From positions 2,340,001 through 2,372,000 of the forward strand of contig JAIZWK010000001.1 of NCBI GenBank assembly GCA_021498095.1: a stretch of 32,000 nucleotides of DNA, written 5' to 3'. This document shows positions 8,226-17,296 of this stretch, one piece after another. The position numbers were made by a program, and so were the translations under genes. Under the pieces are notes generated by a model. The model worked only from the letters and a program-made list of their open reading frames with translations. It made no database searches and had not been told where the DNA came from. The stretch comes from Candidatus Harpocratesius repetitus. Its GTDB lineage: Archaea; Asgardarchaeota; Lokiarchaeia; Sigyniarchaeales; Promethearchaeaceae. The stretch's first letter is position 1. Each line of letters opens with the position of its first letter.

Positions 8226-9911
8226 TTATGGAAAAATTGTGAATTCTAATGTATTTGATTCAATATTTTCAGGATTGATTTGCACATAATTATATATGAA
8301 ACGAACTTGTAAAAGATAGGTTCCGTAATGTACTGGGATTTTCCAATGAAAATTTGAATGATCTACATCGAAATGTTTAATTTTGAAACGATGTAATCGT
8401 CTTATATCTAAGTTTTCATAATTTTCGACAATTTCACAATAAAGGGGGTGAAATTGATTTTCTGCTCTGACACGTACATCAATACCAATAGGAACAATTG
8501 AATTTATCTTAAGTGGTTCTTTAGGTAAATTTGCTCGGAGTTTTCCAAAAAAGATCTTTTGAGCTGGTATACGTGCTAATCGTGGTTCAGATATTGCTTC
8601 TATTTTGTAATTAATTCCATTTGCTTTAAATTTCAATAAGCATACAACCCAATATTCTTTTCCACCTAGGAATTCTAACAATGGGATATCTTCTGATAAT
8701 TTTTCATATTGATTTTCTTGAATTTTAAACTTACGATTAAAGCACAAAAATTTATCTCCTGAGAGGGTATAAAAATAGAATTGCGCTTTACCTTTAATTG
8801 AATATTGAGAACGATTTTGAATGTCTCCCATCATGTAGGCAATTTCCCCTAAAGAAACATCACGTTTGTATCCAATATATTCTATTTTAAATCCTGTAAG
8901 TGATATTTCCATTGGAATTGAATCATTTTGAGTATATATTACTTTATTATTCTCAACTTCGATGATTTCTATAAGAACTTTCAATCGTTTATCTTTATTT
9001 TCCATAGCCGGCATCATAACTTGAAAAGGATATTTCATAATATTGTCAGGATTGGCATTTGGACCCCCAATTTTAACTGGAAAAAATTCCTCTGCTAAAA
9101 CTAATCTACGATCGAGAAGTGTGAAATGAACTTTAAGAGAAATTGCATCAGGTAGGAGGGGTGAATTTGTATGAACCCAGAATACAAATGGATTTTCGGG
9201 AACTAAAACAGTAGATAGAAAAGTTATTTTATGAATTTTGATTGCCCTTTCAGTATTAGTCATACTTACAATGAAATCATCAGAGAAAAATGTCCGAATC
9301 TTTTTATTTTGATGAAAAAGATCTAATTCAAAATGGATTAATGGACTAGGAGGGTATCTTGCTGAAAATTGGAGTGTTTGCTTCAATTTAAGGCCCTTAT
9401 TCATTTTTTTTAATCCATATGTCAATAAATATCGCTGATTTTGATTTGATACATAGTAGAGTTTAAAAAGAAGTTTTTCATGAGGTACATATTCTGCTAC
9501 TTTATTAAGAATGATTTTGACTTTCAATTTCTCTTTAAAATGAAAGGAATTAGAATTAGAAATTACAATCATTTCAAACATGGATTCCAAAGATTTCATT
9601 GAATTTCTTCGAGAAGAAGTCGTTATATTATTTTTTAATTGGGATTTTGATTTATGCTTTAATTTCTTTCTTGATTCTTCCTTATTTATCCTTTCATTAT
9701 CCTTTCTTTTATTATCTTTTTTGTCTTTTGAATTTAATGAAGATTCCGAGTTTTTTATTTTATTAGAGTCTTTTAAGGATGGATGGGAAAATACTTCTGT
9801 AGTAACAATTTTTTCTTCTTCTTTTTGTCGCATTAATTCTGATCTGGATGATTGAACTGATTGAACTGAATTTTCTTTTTTATTTTTTCTTAGTTTTCCC
9901 ATATTTATCAT
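8226..9911 (-). CDS. Hypothetical protein: basic disordered N-terminus plus ~450 aa of beta-rich domains
   Basis: Long ORF. First ~105 aa are K/S/N/E low complexity; the rest shows alternating hydrophobic beta-strand patterns. No signal peptide or TM. Confidence 0.75.
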   Translation of the reverse strand: MINMGKLRKNKKENSVQSVQSSRSELMRQKEEEKIVTTEVFSHPSLKDSNKIKNSESSLNSKDKKDNKRKDNERINKEESRKKLKHKSKSQLKNNITTSSRRNSMKSLESMFEMIVISNSNSFHFKEKLKVKIILNKVAEYVPHEKLLFKLYYVSNQNQRYLLTYGLKKMNKGLKLKQTLQFSARYPPSPLIHFELDLFHQNKKIRTFFSDDFIVSMTNTERAIKIHKITFLSTVLVPENPFVFWVHTNSPLLPDAISLKVHFTLLDRRLVLAEEFFPVKIGGPNANPDNIMKYPFQVMMPAMENKDKRLKVLIEIIEVENNKVIYTQNDSIPMEISLTGFKIEYIGYKRDVSLGEIAYMMGDIQNRSQYSIKGKAQFYFYTLSGDKFLCFNRKFKIQENQYEKLSEDIPLLEFLGGKEYWVVCLLKFKANGINYKIEAISEPRLARIPAQKIFFGKLRANLPKEPLKINSIVPIGIDVRVRAENQFHPLYCEIVENYENLDIRRLHRFKIKHFDVDHSNFHWKIPVHYGTYLLQVRFIYNYVQINPENIESNTLEFTIFP

Positions 9912-10086
9912 CCTTGTTTTATGATTAACTATATGAAGTTAATTAAAAATTTAGTTTTTTATTTTTTATCCGAATTTTAAACGAGTAAAGAAGATTATTT
10001 ATCATCTTGGAAAATTAGGAAAGTATTTAGATTTCTTTTAAAATCAACTATAAAGATAAAAAAATGCTAAAATCTTGGTGGAATGA

Positions 10087-11091
10087 CTAAAACAACTTAA
10101 ATACCATTATTCCACCTTCAACATTTCCCATAACAAGAAATTGACCAACTACCTGCATTGTATAAGCAGCAGCAATATTTTTCATAACTTTTACACATTT
10201 AAATGTAGATATATCCCATAATCGTAATGTATAATCTTCTGAACTTGAAATTAAATAATCTCCTTTGGGAGAAAAGGCAAAGGCATGCACTTCATCTGTG
10301 TGTCCAATTAAGTGGGTGATCATTTCTCCTGTTTTAATATTGAAAAGACAAATTTTTCCATCATTTCCACAACTTGCCAATATTTTCTGATCTGGCGATA
10401 ATCTAATCATATTAATACCAGAATTATGTGCCTTTAAGCGAAATATTTCTTTTTCATCTTTATAGTTTAAAATTAGCAATCTTTTTCGATCGGAGATTAG
10501 ATTTAAAATAGATTTTTGATCGTTAACTAAAATTTCACCTAAATTTTGAGTCGATATTTGTTTATGCTCTTTAACATCCCATGTGGTTGGATTTAAAAAC
10601 AAAATTTCCCAATTTGCTAGATTAATGATAATTTCTGATCCATTTTTTATAAAGCGCATACCAATTATTTTGGAATTAAATTCTTTCTCCATAACTTTCT
10701 TCCACGATCGGGTATTATATACTAATAAATCCCCGTTTGAATAACCGATTACTAAAAATTGACCATTTGGAGTGAAAAGAACTTTATTTGCTGTTAAAAT
10801 ACGGCCTTTAATCTTAATTTCATTATTTTGAATTGCTTCTAATTTATCAAGTTGAGACTCATCAATTTTTCCGGTTTGTTTCATGTATATTAAGGCATTT
10901 TCTTGATTCATCTCAGGTAATTTTTCCCTATGAATAATTTTCTTGAATAATTTCATATATGGATAGCGAAAAACTTGAACTGGTTCTTCAAATGCTGAAC
11001 TGGCAATAAATTTTTGTCTGGGTTCAAAGGCGACGCTTATAATTTCTGATCCACTGATACTTTTTTGAAATCGATCTTTAAGCAATCGCAT
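10087..11091 (-). CDS. WD40-repeat beta-propeller protein
   Basis: AHNSGINMIRLSPDQKILASCGNDGKICLFN and GHTDEVHAFAFSPKGDYLISSSEDYTLRLWD, plus degenerate repeats. Confidence 0.92.
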   Translation of the reverse strand: MRLLKDRFQKSISGSEIISVAFEPRQKFIASSAFEEPVQVFRYPYMKLFKKIIHREKLPEMNQENALIYMKQTGKIDESQLDKLEAIQNNEIKIKGRILTANKVLFTPNGQFLVIGYSNGDLLVYNTRSWKKVMEKEFNSKIIGMRFIKNGSEIIINLANWEILFLNPTTWDVKEHKQISTQNLGEILVNDQKSILNLISDRKRLLILNYKDEKEIFRLKAHNSGINMIRLSPDQKILASCGNDGKICLFNIKTGEMITHLIGHTDEVHAFAFSPKGDYLISSSEDYTLRLWDISTFKCVKVMKNIAAAYTMQVVGQFLVMGNVEGGIMVFKLF

Positions 11092-11332
11092 ATATTTTAC
11101 TCCCCTAATTATTTTTTTGTTTATTTTTACTAATAATTAAAAATAAGGTGAAGTGTTTTATTAATTTGTTGTGTGAATCGTATTATTTTCAGAATACGTC
11201 CAAATAAAATGACACGTTTGTATTAAGATTCAAATATTTTTAAAGTTCAAAATCGTAAATAACAATGAGAAGAATTCTTTTTTTTAAAAAATTGATCAGT
11301 CTTGATCTCTTATAATATTTCGATCACATCAT

Positions 11333-11899
11333 ATGCTGAGTGAAATGGATTTAGAACAAGCGAAAATAATATTAGGAGATGAATTTGCATCCCATGCTGA
11401 TGAGATATGGGAAACAATTCAATCACTTCACTATCCCACTACAGCAAGAGTATTGGATATTGGAACTGGAGAAGGTAAGATGGCAATAATTCTTGCATTG
11501 ATGGGATATAAAGTAAAAACTGGGGAACCTTCTGAAGACTTATGGGCTGATTGGAGAACACCTGCTCAAAAAGTTGGGGTAATAAAACAAATTTCATTTC
11601 AACCGTTTGGGGCAGAAAATATGCCTTTTGATAATAATTCATTTGATTTAATTACAGCATGGGCAACATTTCATCATATAGCTAGAGTTCATAAAGCAAT
11701 TGATGAATGTATGAGAGTGTTAAAAACAAATGGGAAATTAGTTATCTTTGAATTTAACAAGAAAGGTATAGATAAAATTAAAGCACTCTATCCAAATCAT
11801 CCGGATTTGATAGATATTCGTGATTATTATAATGGAAATCCTGATAATATTTCATTTGAAGCAAAAGAAGAAATTAATGTGTTCATTATTCAGAAATAA
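11333..11899 (+). CDS. Class I SAM-dependent methyltransferase
   Basis: VLDIGTGEG, AENMPFDNNSFDLI, RVLKTNGKLVI. Confidence 0.9.
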   Translation: MLSEMDLEQAKIILGDEFASHADEIWETIQSLHYPTTARVLDIGTGEGKMAIILALMGYKVKTGEPSEDLWADWRTPAQKVGVIKQISFQPFGAENMPFDNNSFDLITAWATFHHIARVHKAIDECMRVLKTNGKLVIFEFNKKGIDKIKALYPNHPDLIDIRDYYNGNPDNISFEAKEEINVFIIQK

Positions 11900-12566
11900 A
11901 AGATACTAACCAATTTTTTATTTCAGAAATCAATAGCGATTCTGCTTTTGCATTCATCCAAAAATGGTTGATTCCAGCTATAATTTTTTTTTGTTTTGGT
12001 TCAGGTAACTTTTCAAATAAAGAGATAAAATCTTTTGATGTTGTGAAATCGTCTTTATCTCCCATAATAAAGAATTTTGTCTTTCTTACGTGAATAAAAT
12101 CTAAGAAATCAGGGATGAATGTAATTGGATATGATATTGAGATATAGCCAACATATTCTGGTGCTTGAGCGAAAATCGCACCTGCTATAGTGGCTCCAAA
12201 AGAATAACCACATAGAATTATTTGTTTATAATTATAATTTGAATTCTTTTTCAAGAAATAATCACATACAGATTTAAGATCTTCTTGTTCTCCATAACCT
12301 CCATCATATTTTCCTTCAGATCTTCCCACACCGCGAAAATTAAATCGTACTGTTGCAAAACCGTATTTTGGAAGTTCATGAAATAATGCATTTATCACAT
12401 TATTAAGCATATTCCCTCCATATTGAGGATGTGGATGACATAAAATAACTAAGGTGGTTGAGAGTGATTGAATATCTTTTAATTCGACAGCTATTTTTTC
12501 TGGAGTGTGAATCTCTCCTTCAATTATACCCACTTTTCCTTTTATTCTTAAGTTATGGATAATCAT
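11886..12566 (-). CDS. Alpha/beta hydrolase
   Basis: HPHPQYGGNM, RFNFRGVGRSEG, nucleophile elbow GYSFG, GDKDDF, INHFW. Start 12566 preferred over 12632. Confidence 0.9.
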   Translation of the reverse strand: MIIHNLRIKGKVGIIEGEIHTPEKIAVELKDIQSLSTTLVILCHPHPQYGGNMLNNVINALFHELPKYGFATVRFNFRGVGRSEGKYDGGYGEQEDLKSVCDYFLKKNSNYNYKQIILCGYSFGATIAGAIFAQAPEYVGYISISYPITFIPDFLDFIHVRKTKFFIMGDKDDFTTSKDFISLFEKLPEPKQKKIIAGINHFWMNAKAESLLISEIKNWLVSFISE

Positions 12567-12867
12567 TTCCTTTTTCTTTTCAAATTTATTTGATAAAAAA
12601 CACAAGATAAAAAGAAAAACAAAAAAAATCACCTGTAATGTACAATTCTATTTTGATGAAGCAAGCTTTAGTTCTAATGATAATTTTTTACTGATCAAAG
12701 TTGATCAACCACTATCATTGGTGGTTATTACAATAATAGATTGAGAGTTTATAAAGTTTTGGAAAAAAATTGAAGAGATCTCGCCTAAAATATGCCTAAT
12801 ACCCACTGATTTGGCATTTTCAAAGAATTGGATTGTAAAAAAAAATTAAAATTTCGGAAATATTATG

Positions 12868-13002
12868 CTATCCATCAAATCCTTCTTCATTTTCTTCGTC
12901 ATGTTGCTTAGTAATCGGAATATCTTCAATTTTTTTGGAATTCTCAGTATTTGTTTCACCAGAAACAGGTAGTTCTTCTTTTTTGGTTTGTGCATCTTTC
13001 AT
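12868..13002 (-). CDS. Small acidic protein (44 aa), below the ORF-track cutoff
   Basis: MKDAQTKKEELPVSGETNTENSKKIEDIPITKQHDEENEEGFDG*. TATA-like TTAAATATA lies 28-36 nt upstream. Confidence 0.55.
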   Translation of the reverse strand: MKDAQTKKEELPVSGETNTENSKKIEDIPITKQHDEENEEGFDG

Positions 13003-13029
13003 AATGATCAACCGTTTGATAGATTATGA

Positions 13030-13038
13030 TATATTTAA
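13030..13038 (-). promoter_or_regulatory. Putative archaeal TATA box for the 44-aa ORF
   Basis: TTAAATATA on the minus strand at a spacing compatible with a leaderless transcript. Confidence 0.4.
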
Positions 13039-13069
13039 GGGTTAGATAGTTTTGATTTGATAGATTATT

Positions 13070-13561
13070 GAATATCGGCATATCGTAAATCCAGCAAACA
13101 TATTCCAGAAACGGAAATCCGAATCTTGTGAGCCGATCCTTGTAAGCAATCAGCACCCGTGCCACCTTCCTCTGCTCAATTTGCTTCAGCAGCCGCCACA
13201 ATCCTCTGCGCATCGGATTAAGTCCCGAACCATATTCTTTAATTACTTTGGCAGGTGATTCATCAGCAAAATGCTCTTTGTGATATTTTTTCAATCGTTC
13301 GACCTGTCTGTCAAGATTTCCATCCTTTTTCTGCTTGGATGATGAAACTCTTGCATAGATATAGGTCGATTTTACAGTTTCCTCCGCTTGTTGGCAGGGT
13401 AGATTAACCGATTCGGGCAGAAAATCCGCCAACTGTTCCCATGAGTATCGGCGGTGATTTCCAAAAGTTCTTTTTGGAACGAGGTATCCTTTTTTATCCC
13501 ATCTGCGTAGAGTTGCAGGAGTAACTCCAAGAAGGCGTGAAGTTTCGGAGATAGTCAGCAT
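13070..13561 (-). mobile_element. tnpA: Truncated IS607-family element (TnpA serine recombinase pseudogene, no tnpB)
   Basis: MerR-type HTH (TLRRWD...GNHRRY), YARVSS catalytic Ser, GSGLN, YKDRLTRFGF. Higher GC than the host. Homology and GC drop near 13070; the ORF tail to 12956 is read-through. Confidence 0.85.
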
Positions 13562-13606
13562 AGAATTAAATTTGGGGAAGATCTATATAAATTAAGCGAT
13601 CAATGA

Positions 13607-14569
13607 TCAATTTTGATCAAAAATTTTTTTGCTGTTGATAAGTTTTTCAAGCATGTCTTTTGTCATTTCCGTTAATCCGAAATCATGTTTCCAGCCCCAT
13701 TCTTTTCGAGCTGAACTGTCATCTATAGATCGAGGCCAAGAATCAGCAATTGTTTGTCGAAAATCAGGTTTGTATTCTACTGTAAAATTTGGGCGGTGTT
13801 TCTGAATTTCTTGAACTAATTCTTCTGCAGTAAAACTCATAGCAGTAATATTAAAAACATGATGTTCTAATTTAGCCACATCAGCATCCATCAACATAGT
13901 AATGGATTTTAATAAATCAGGCATGTACATCATAGGCAACTTTGTTTCTGGCTTAACAAAGCAAGTGTAATGGTTATGTTCGATAGCTTCATAGAATATT
14001 TCAACTGCATAATCCGTAGTTCCCCCTCCACAAGGTGTCTCTGAACTAATAATACCTGGCAAACGCATGCATCGTGTATCAAGCCCAAATTTTTGCCAAT
14101 AATATTCAAGTAAAAGTTCACCTGTAACTTTTGTTACTCCGTACATGGTATTTGGTTGTAAAATTGTTTCATTTGGTGTATTATCTTTAGGGGTAGTTGG
14201 GCCAAAGGCTGCGATGGAACTGGGCCAAAATATTCGTTTAAATTGATATTTTCGTCCAAATTCAAGAACTGAAAGGAGACTATTAATGTTTAAATCCCAT
14301 GCTTTTTGTGGAAATCGCTCTCCAGTAGCACTTAGTAATCCTGCAAGATGGAAGACTGTATCTATCTCATATTCTTTAATTAATTCTTCAAAACGTGAAT
14401 TGTTAAGGACATCTAAAATTTCATATGGACCTTCTTCACAGATAAATGTAGGTGCGTTAGGACGAATATCTGTTGCAATTACGTTTTCATTTCCATATTT
14501 TTTTCGCAAAGTGGGCACTAATTCTGAGCCAATTTGACCTAATGATCCAGTAACTAAGATTTTTGTCAC
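13607..14569 (-). CDS. tdh: L-threonine 3-dehydrogenase, SDR/extended epimerase type
   Basis: TGSLGQIG, HLAGLLSATGE, SSIAAFGP, YGVTK, GGGTTDYAV, ADSWPRSIDD. Divergent from kbl. GTG start at 14569. Confidence 0.85.
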   Translation of the reverse strand: MTKILVTGSLGQIGSELVPTLRKKYGNENVIATDIRPNAPTFICEEGPYEILDVLNNSRFEELIKEYEIDTVFHLAGLLSATGERFPQKAWDLNINSLLSVLEFGRKYQFKRIFWPSSIAAFGPTTPKDNTPNETILQPNTMYGVTKVTGELLLEYYWQKFGLDTRCMRLPGIISSETPCGGGTTDYAVEIFYEAIEHNHYTCFVKPETKLPMMYMPDLLKSITMLMDADVAKLEHHVFNITAMSFTAEELVQEIQKHRPNFTVEYKPDFRQTIADSWPRSIDDSSARKEWGWKHDFGLTEMTKDMLEKLINSKKIFDQN

Positions 14570-14940
14570 AGTTTTCTCAACTAATCTTGATTTATTCTTT
14601 ACTAAGAAATAATACAATATATATTATCATGAATGGACTTAAAATATGTTCATTCTTCGTATTATACTTAGTAAAAGAGGCATTAACTGGGTAATCAAGA
14701 GAGGCGTGGCATAAAAATGTTGTCTTCTGCTTGATATCTTTAAGTAAAAAAGTTCAATTACATGCACATTACCATCGTTCGATATTTTTTACAAGTTCTT
14801 TGAAAGGATAAAAAAATTAATATTGTGTGGGGAGTAAGTGTTAATTGCATTCTATTATATCGATTGAGGTAGGAAATTTAAAAAAAGATCACTTTTTTAC
14901 CTCTTTCATTCTACATTAATTATTTTTAGAAGGGAAAATT

Positions 14941-16128
14941 ATGAAACGAGATCCAGAAGCATTTCTTCATGAAGAATTAAAGAATTTATATGATGCAAAC
15001 CTAAATTGGGTTATTCGTCATTTGGAAGGAGCTTCCCAAGCTCATACCAAGGTTGATGGAAAAGAAGTTTTGATGTTAAATACTAACAATTATTTAGGAT
15101 TAGCAACTCATCCAAAAGTTCGAAAAGCTGCACTAGATGCGATTGAAAAATATGGTGTGGGTGCTGGAGCAGTTCCTGTGATTGCTGGAACGTTTGATCT
15201 CACGAAAAAATTCGAAGAACACTTAGCAAAGTTTAAAGAAGTTGAAGCAGCACTGATTGCTCAGACAGGATTTGCTGTAAATCAAGGTGTTATTCCCCAA
15301 TTAGTTGGAAAAGAAGATTATATTATTTCTGATGAATTAAATCATGGTTCAATAATCGATGGTGTTCGACTTACTAGGGCTAAACGGGGAGTATACAAGC
15401 ATAATAATATGGAAGAATTAGAAAAACAACTTAAGATCGCAGATTCCGATAATGCACGCCGTATTTTGGTTATAACTGATGGTGTTTTTTCAATGGACGG
15501 AGATATGGCACCATTGGATAAAATTGTGGAAAAATGTGAAGAATACGGTGCAATGATCTATGTGGATGATTGTCATGGCGAAGGTATGTTAGGTAAAGGA
15601 CGTGGAATTGTATCCCATTTTGGTTTGCAAGGAAAGGTTCATATAGAAGGTGGGTCACTTAGTAAAGGTTTTGGTGTTTTTGGAGGCGCTGTTGCAGGTT
15701 CAAAAGCTCTTATTGATTTCATTCGAAATAAATCACGTTCATATCTCTTAAGTACCGCTCATCCTCCCGCAATCGTTGCAGCTGCAGATGCGGCAATTTC
15801 AGTAATAGAAACAGAACCACAACATGTCGAAAAATTATGGGAAAATACTGAATATTTCCGAGGAAAAGTTCAAGATTTAGGGTTTAATACAGGAAATTCT
15901 TGTACACCAATTATTCCTTTGATCATTGGAGAACCTGCAAAAGCTCAAAATTTGGCAGACTTATTATATCGTGAAGAAAATATCTTTACCACTCCAATTG
16001 TTTTTCCAATGGTTGCTCGTGAACTTTCTCGAATTCGTGTACAAATGAATGCACTTCTTACCCGTGAAGATTTAGATTATGCGCTTAATTCTATTGAGAA
16101 AGTAGGTAAAAAACTGAATATTATCTAA
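14941..16128 (+). CDS. kbl: Glycine C-acetyltransferase (2-amino-3-ketobutyrate CoA ligase), AOS-family PLP enzyme
   Basis: NNYLGLA, SDELNHGSIIDG, TDGVFSMDGD, VDDCHG, SLSKGFG (PLP Lys), RIRVQ. Context with tdh favours Kbl over BioF. Confidence 0.85.
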   Translation: MKRDPEAFLHEELKNLYDANLNWVIRHLEGASQAHTKVDGKEVLMLNTNNYLGLATHPKVRKAALDAIEKYGVGAGAVPVIAGTFDLTKKFEEHLAKFKEVEAALIAQTGFAVNQGVIPQLVGKEDYIISDELNHGSIIDGVRLTRAKRGVYKHNNMEELEKQLKIADSDNARRILVITDGVFSMDGDMAPLDKIVEKCEEYGAMIYVDDCHGEGMLGKGRGIVSHFGLQGKVHIEGGSLSKGFGVFGGAVAGSKALIDFIRNKSRSYLLSTAHPPAIVAAADAAISVIETEPQHVEKLWENTEYFRGKVQDLGFNTGNSCTPIIPLIIGEPAKAQNLADLLYREENIFTTPIVFPMVARELSRIRVQMNALLTREDLDYALNSIEKVGKKLNII

Positions 16129-16189
16129 ATATTTTTTCTTCTATTTTTTTAATACTTTGATTTTAGTCATGTCTTTACAGCTTTCACAA

Positions 16190-17095
16190 CTACAATGAAA
16201 TTCCATAATTCTTTAGTATCTTTTCTATATTACGAATATAGTGTGGGTAAAACCATCCAATAAAACGCATAGGGTGATTTTCTCGATTAGCTTGTTCTAA
16301 TCCACGGAAATACGATATTCTATATTTTGCTTCAATATCAAACATCGGGTAATTATTTTTATGTAGAATGAAATTAGTAATTAAGCGAGTTATCCGCCCA
16401 TTTCCATCTTCAAATGGATGAATGCTAACAAATTTATAATGAAAGACAGCTGCTATAAAAGTAGAATTATACTTTGCTAAATTCTTATAATACCATTCAA
16501 ATAATTCATCAAGTAAAAGATCTATTTCATATCGTGATGGTGGTGGGACATAGTTGCTTCCTGCAATAAAAATTGGGCCGTTTCTTATTTGCCCTGCATG
16601 ATTTGATTGTGTTACTCCAAAAATCTTCTTATGCCAACTTAGAATTAACTCCATTGATAGTGGTTGTTGTGTATTTATCATTTCTTCATATACTAACAAA
16701 TGAGCTTTTGTTTCAATTATATCGCTGGCTTTTTTATTTACACGAGTATTTATGGGAAGTTGATTGTAATCTAATAACATTCTAGTATCTGTTTCTGTCA
16801 AGGTAGATCCTTCAATTCTATTGGTGTTGTGAGTAAATCGAATTCCAAATGAACGTAGATTTTTTTCTGTTAAAGAACTTGATAGATTATTTATTTTATT
16901 TTTATATATTTTTTGAAGATGAATTATACGAGATAACCATCGTATTTTGAAATAATCGTATATAAACTGTTCAATTTGAGTGTTTGTAGGGTATTTTTTT
17001 CCAATATATCGCTCGAAATTCTTTACTTTACCTTCTCTATATGAGTGAATTAAGTAGAAATTCCTTTTTTTTTTTCGAATTTGTATTATTATCAC
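16190..17095 (-). CDS. Fic-domain protein (class II-like)
   Basis: HPFEDGNGRITR catalytic motif; N-terminal TNRIEG inhibitory-type motif. Confidence 0.92.
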   Translation of the reverse strand: MIIIQIRKKKRNFYLIHSYREGKVKNFERYIGKKYPTNTQIEQFIYDYFKIRWLSRIIHLQKIYKNKINNLSSSLTEKNLRSFGIRFTHNTNRIEGSTLTETDTRMLLDYNQLPINTRVNKKASDIIETKAHLLVYEEMINTQQPLSMELILSWHKKIFGVTQSNHAGQIRNGPIFIAGSNYVPPPSRYEIDLLLDELFEWYYKNLAKYNSTFIAAVFHYKFVSIHPFEDGNGRITRLITNFILHKNNYPMFDIEAKYRISYFRGLEQANRENHPMRFIGWFYPHYIRNIEKILKNYGISL

Positions 17096-17296
17096 CCTTA
17101 CTATTACAAAGAATTGTATTTATTCTTAGTCATGTAAGGAGATATTAAAAAATTACTCCCTTACATTTATTAATGAATAACAAATATTTAATTGATTGTA
17201 AGGAGATTAATAAAAATCCATTAAAAATCAGAGAATAAATAAAGTATATAATTATGACAAATTTATTATATCAAAAAAAGAAAAAAAGACTATTAA

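Noticed and set aside
12654-12694. C/D-box sRNA-like TGATGA...CTGA
   Set aside because: The second guide is too short and poly-T; these boxes arise easily by chance in AT-rich DNA.
12956-13069. C-terminal part of the 201-aa IS607 ORF
   Set aside because: No TnpA homology; it is read-through over host sequence containing a separate small ORF and promoter.
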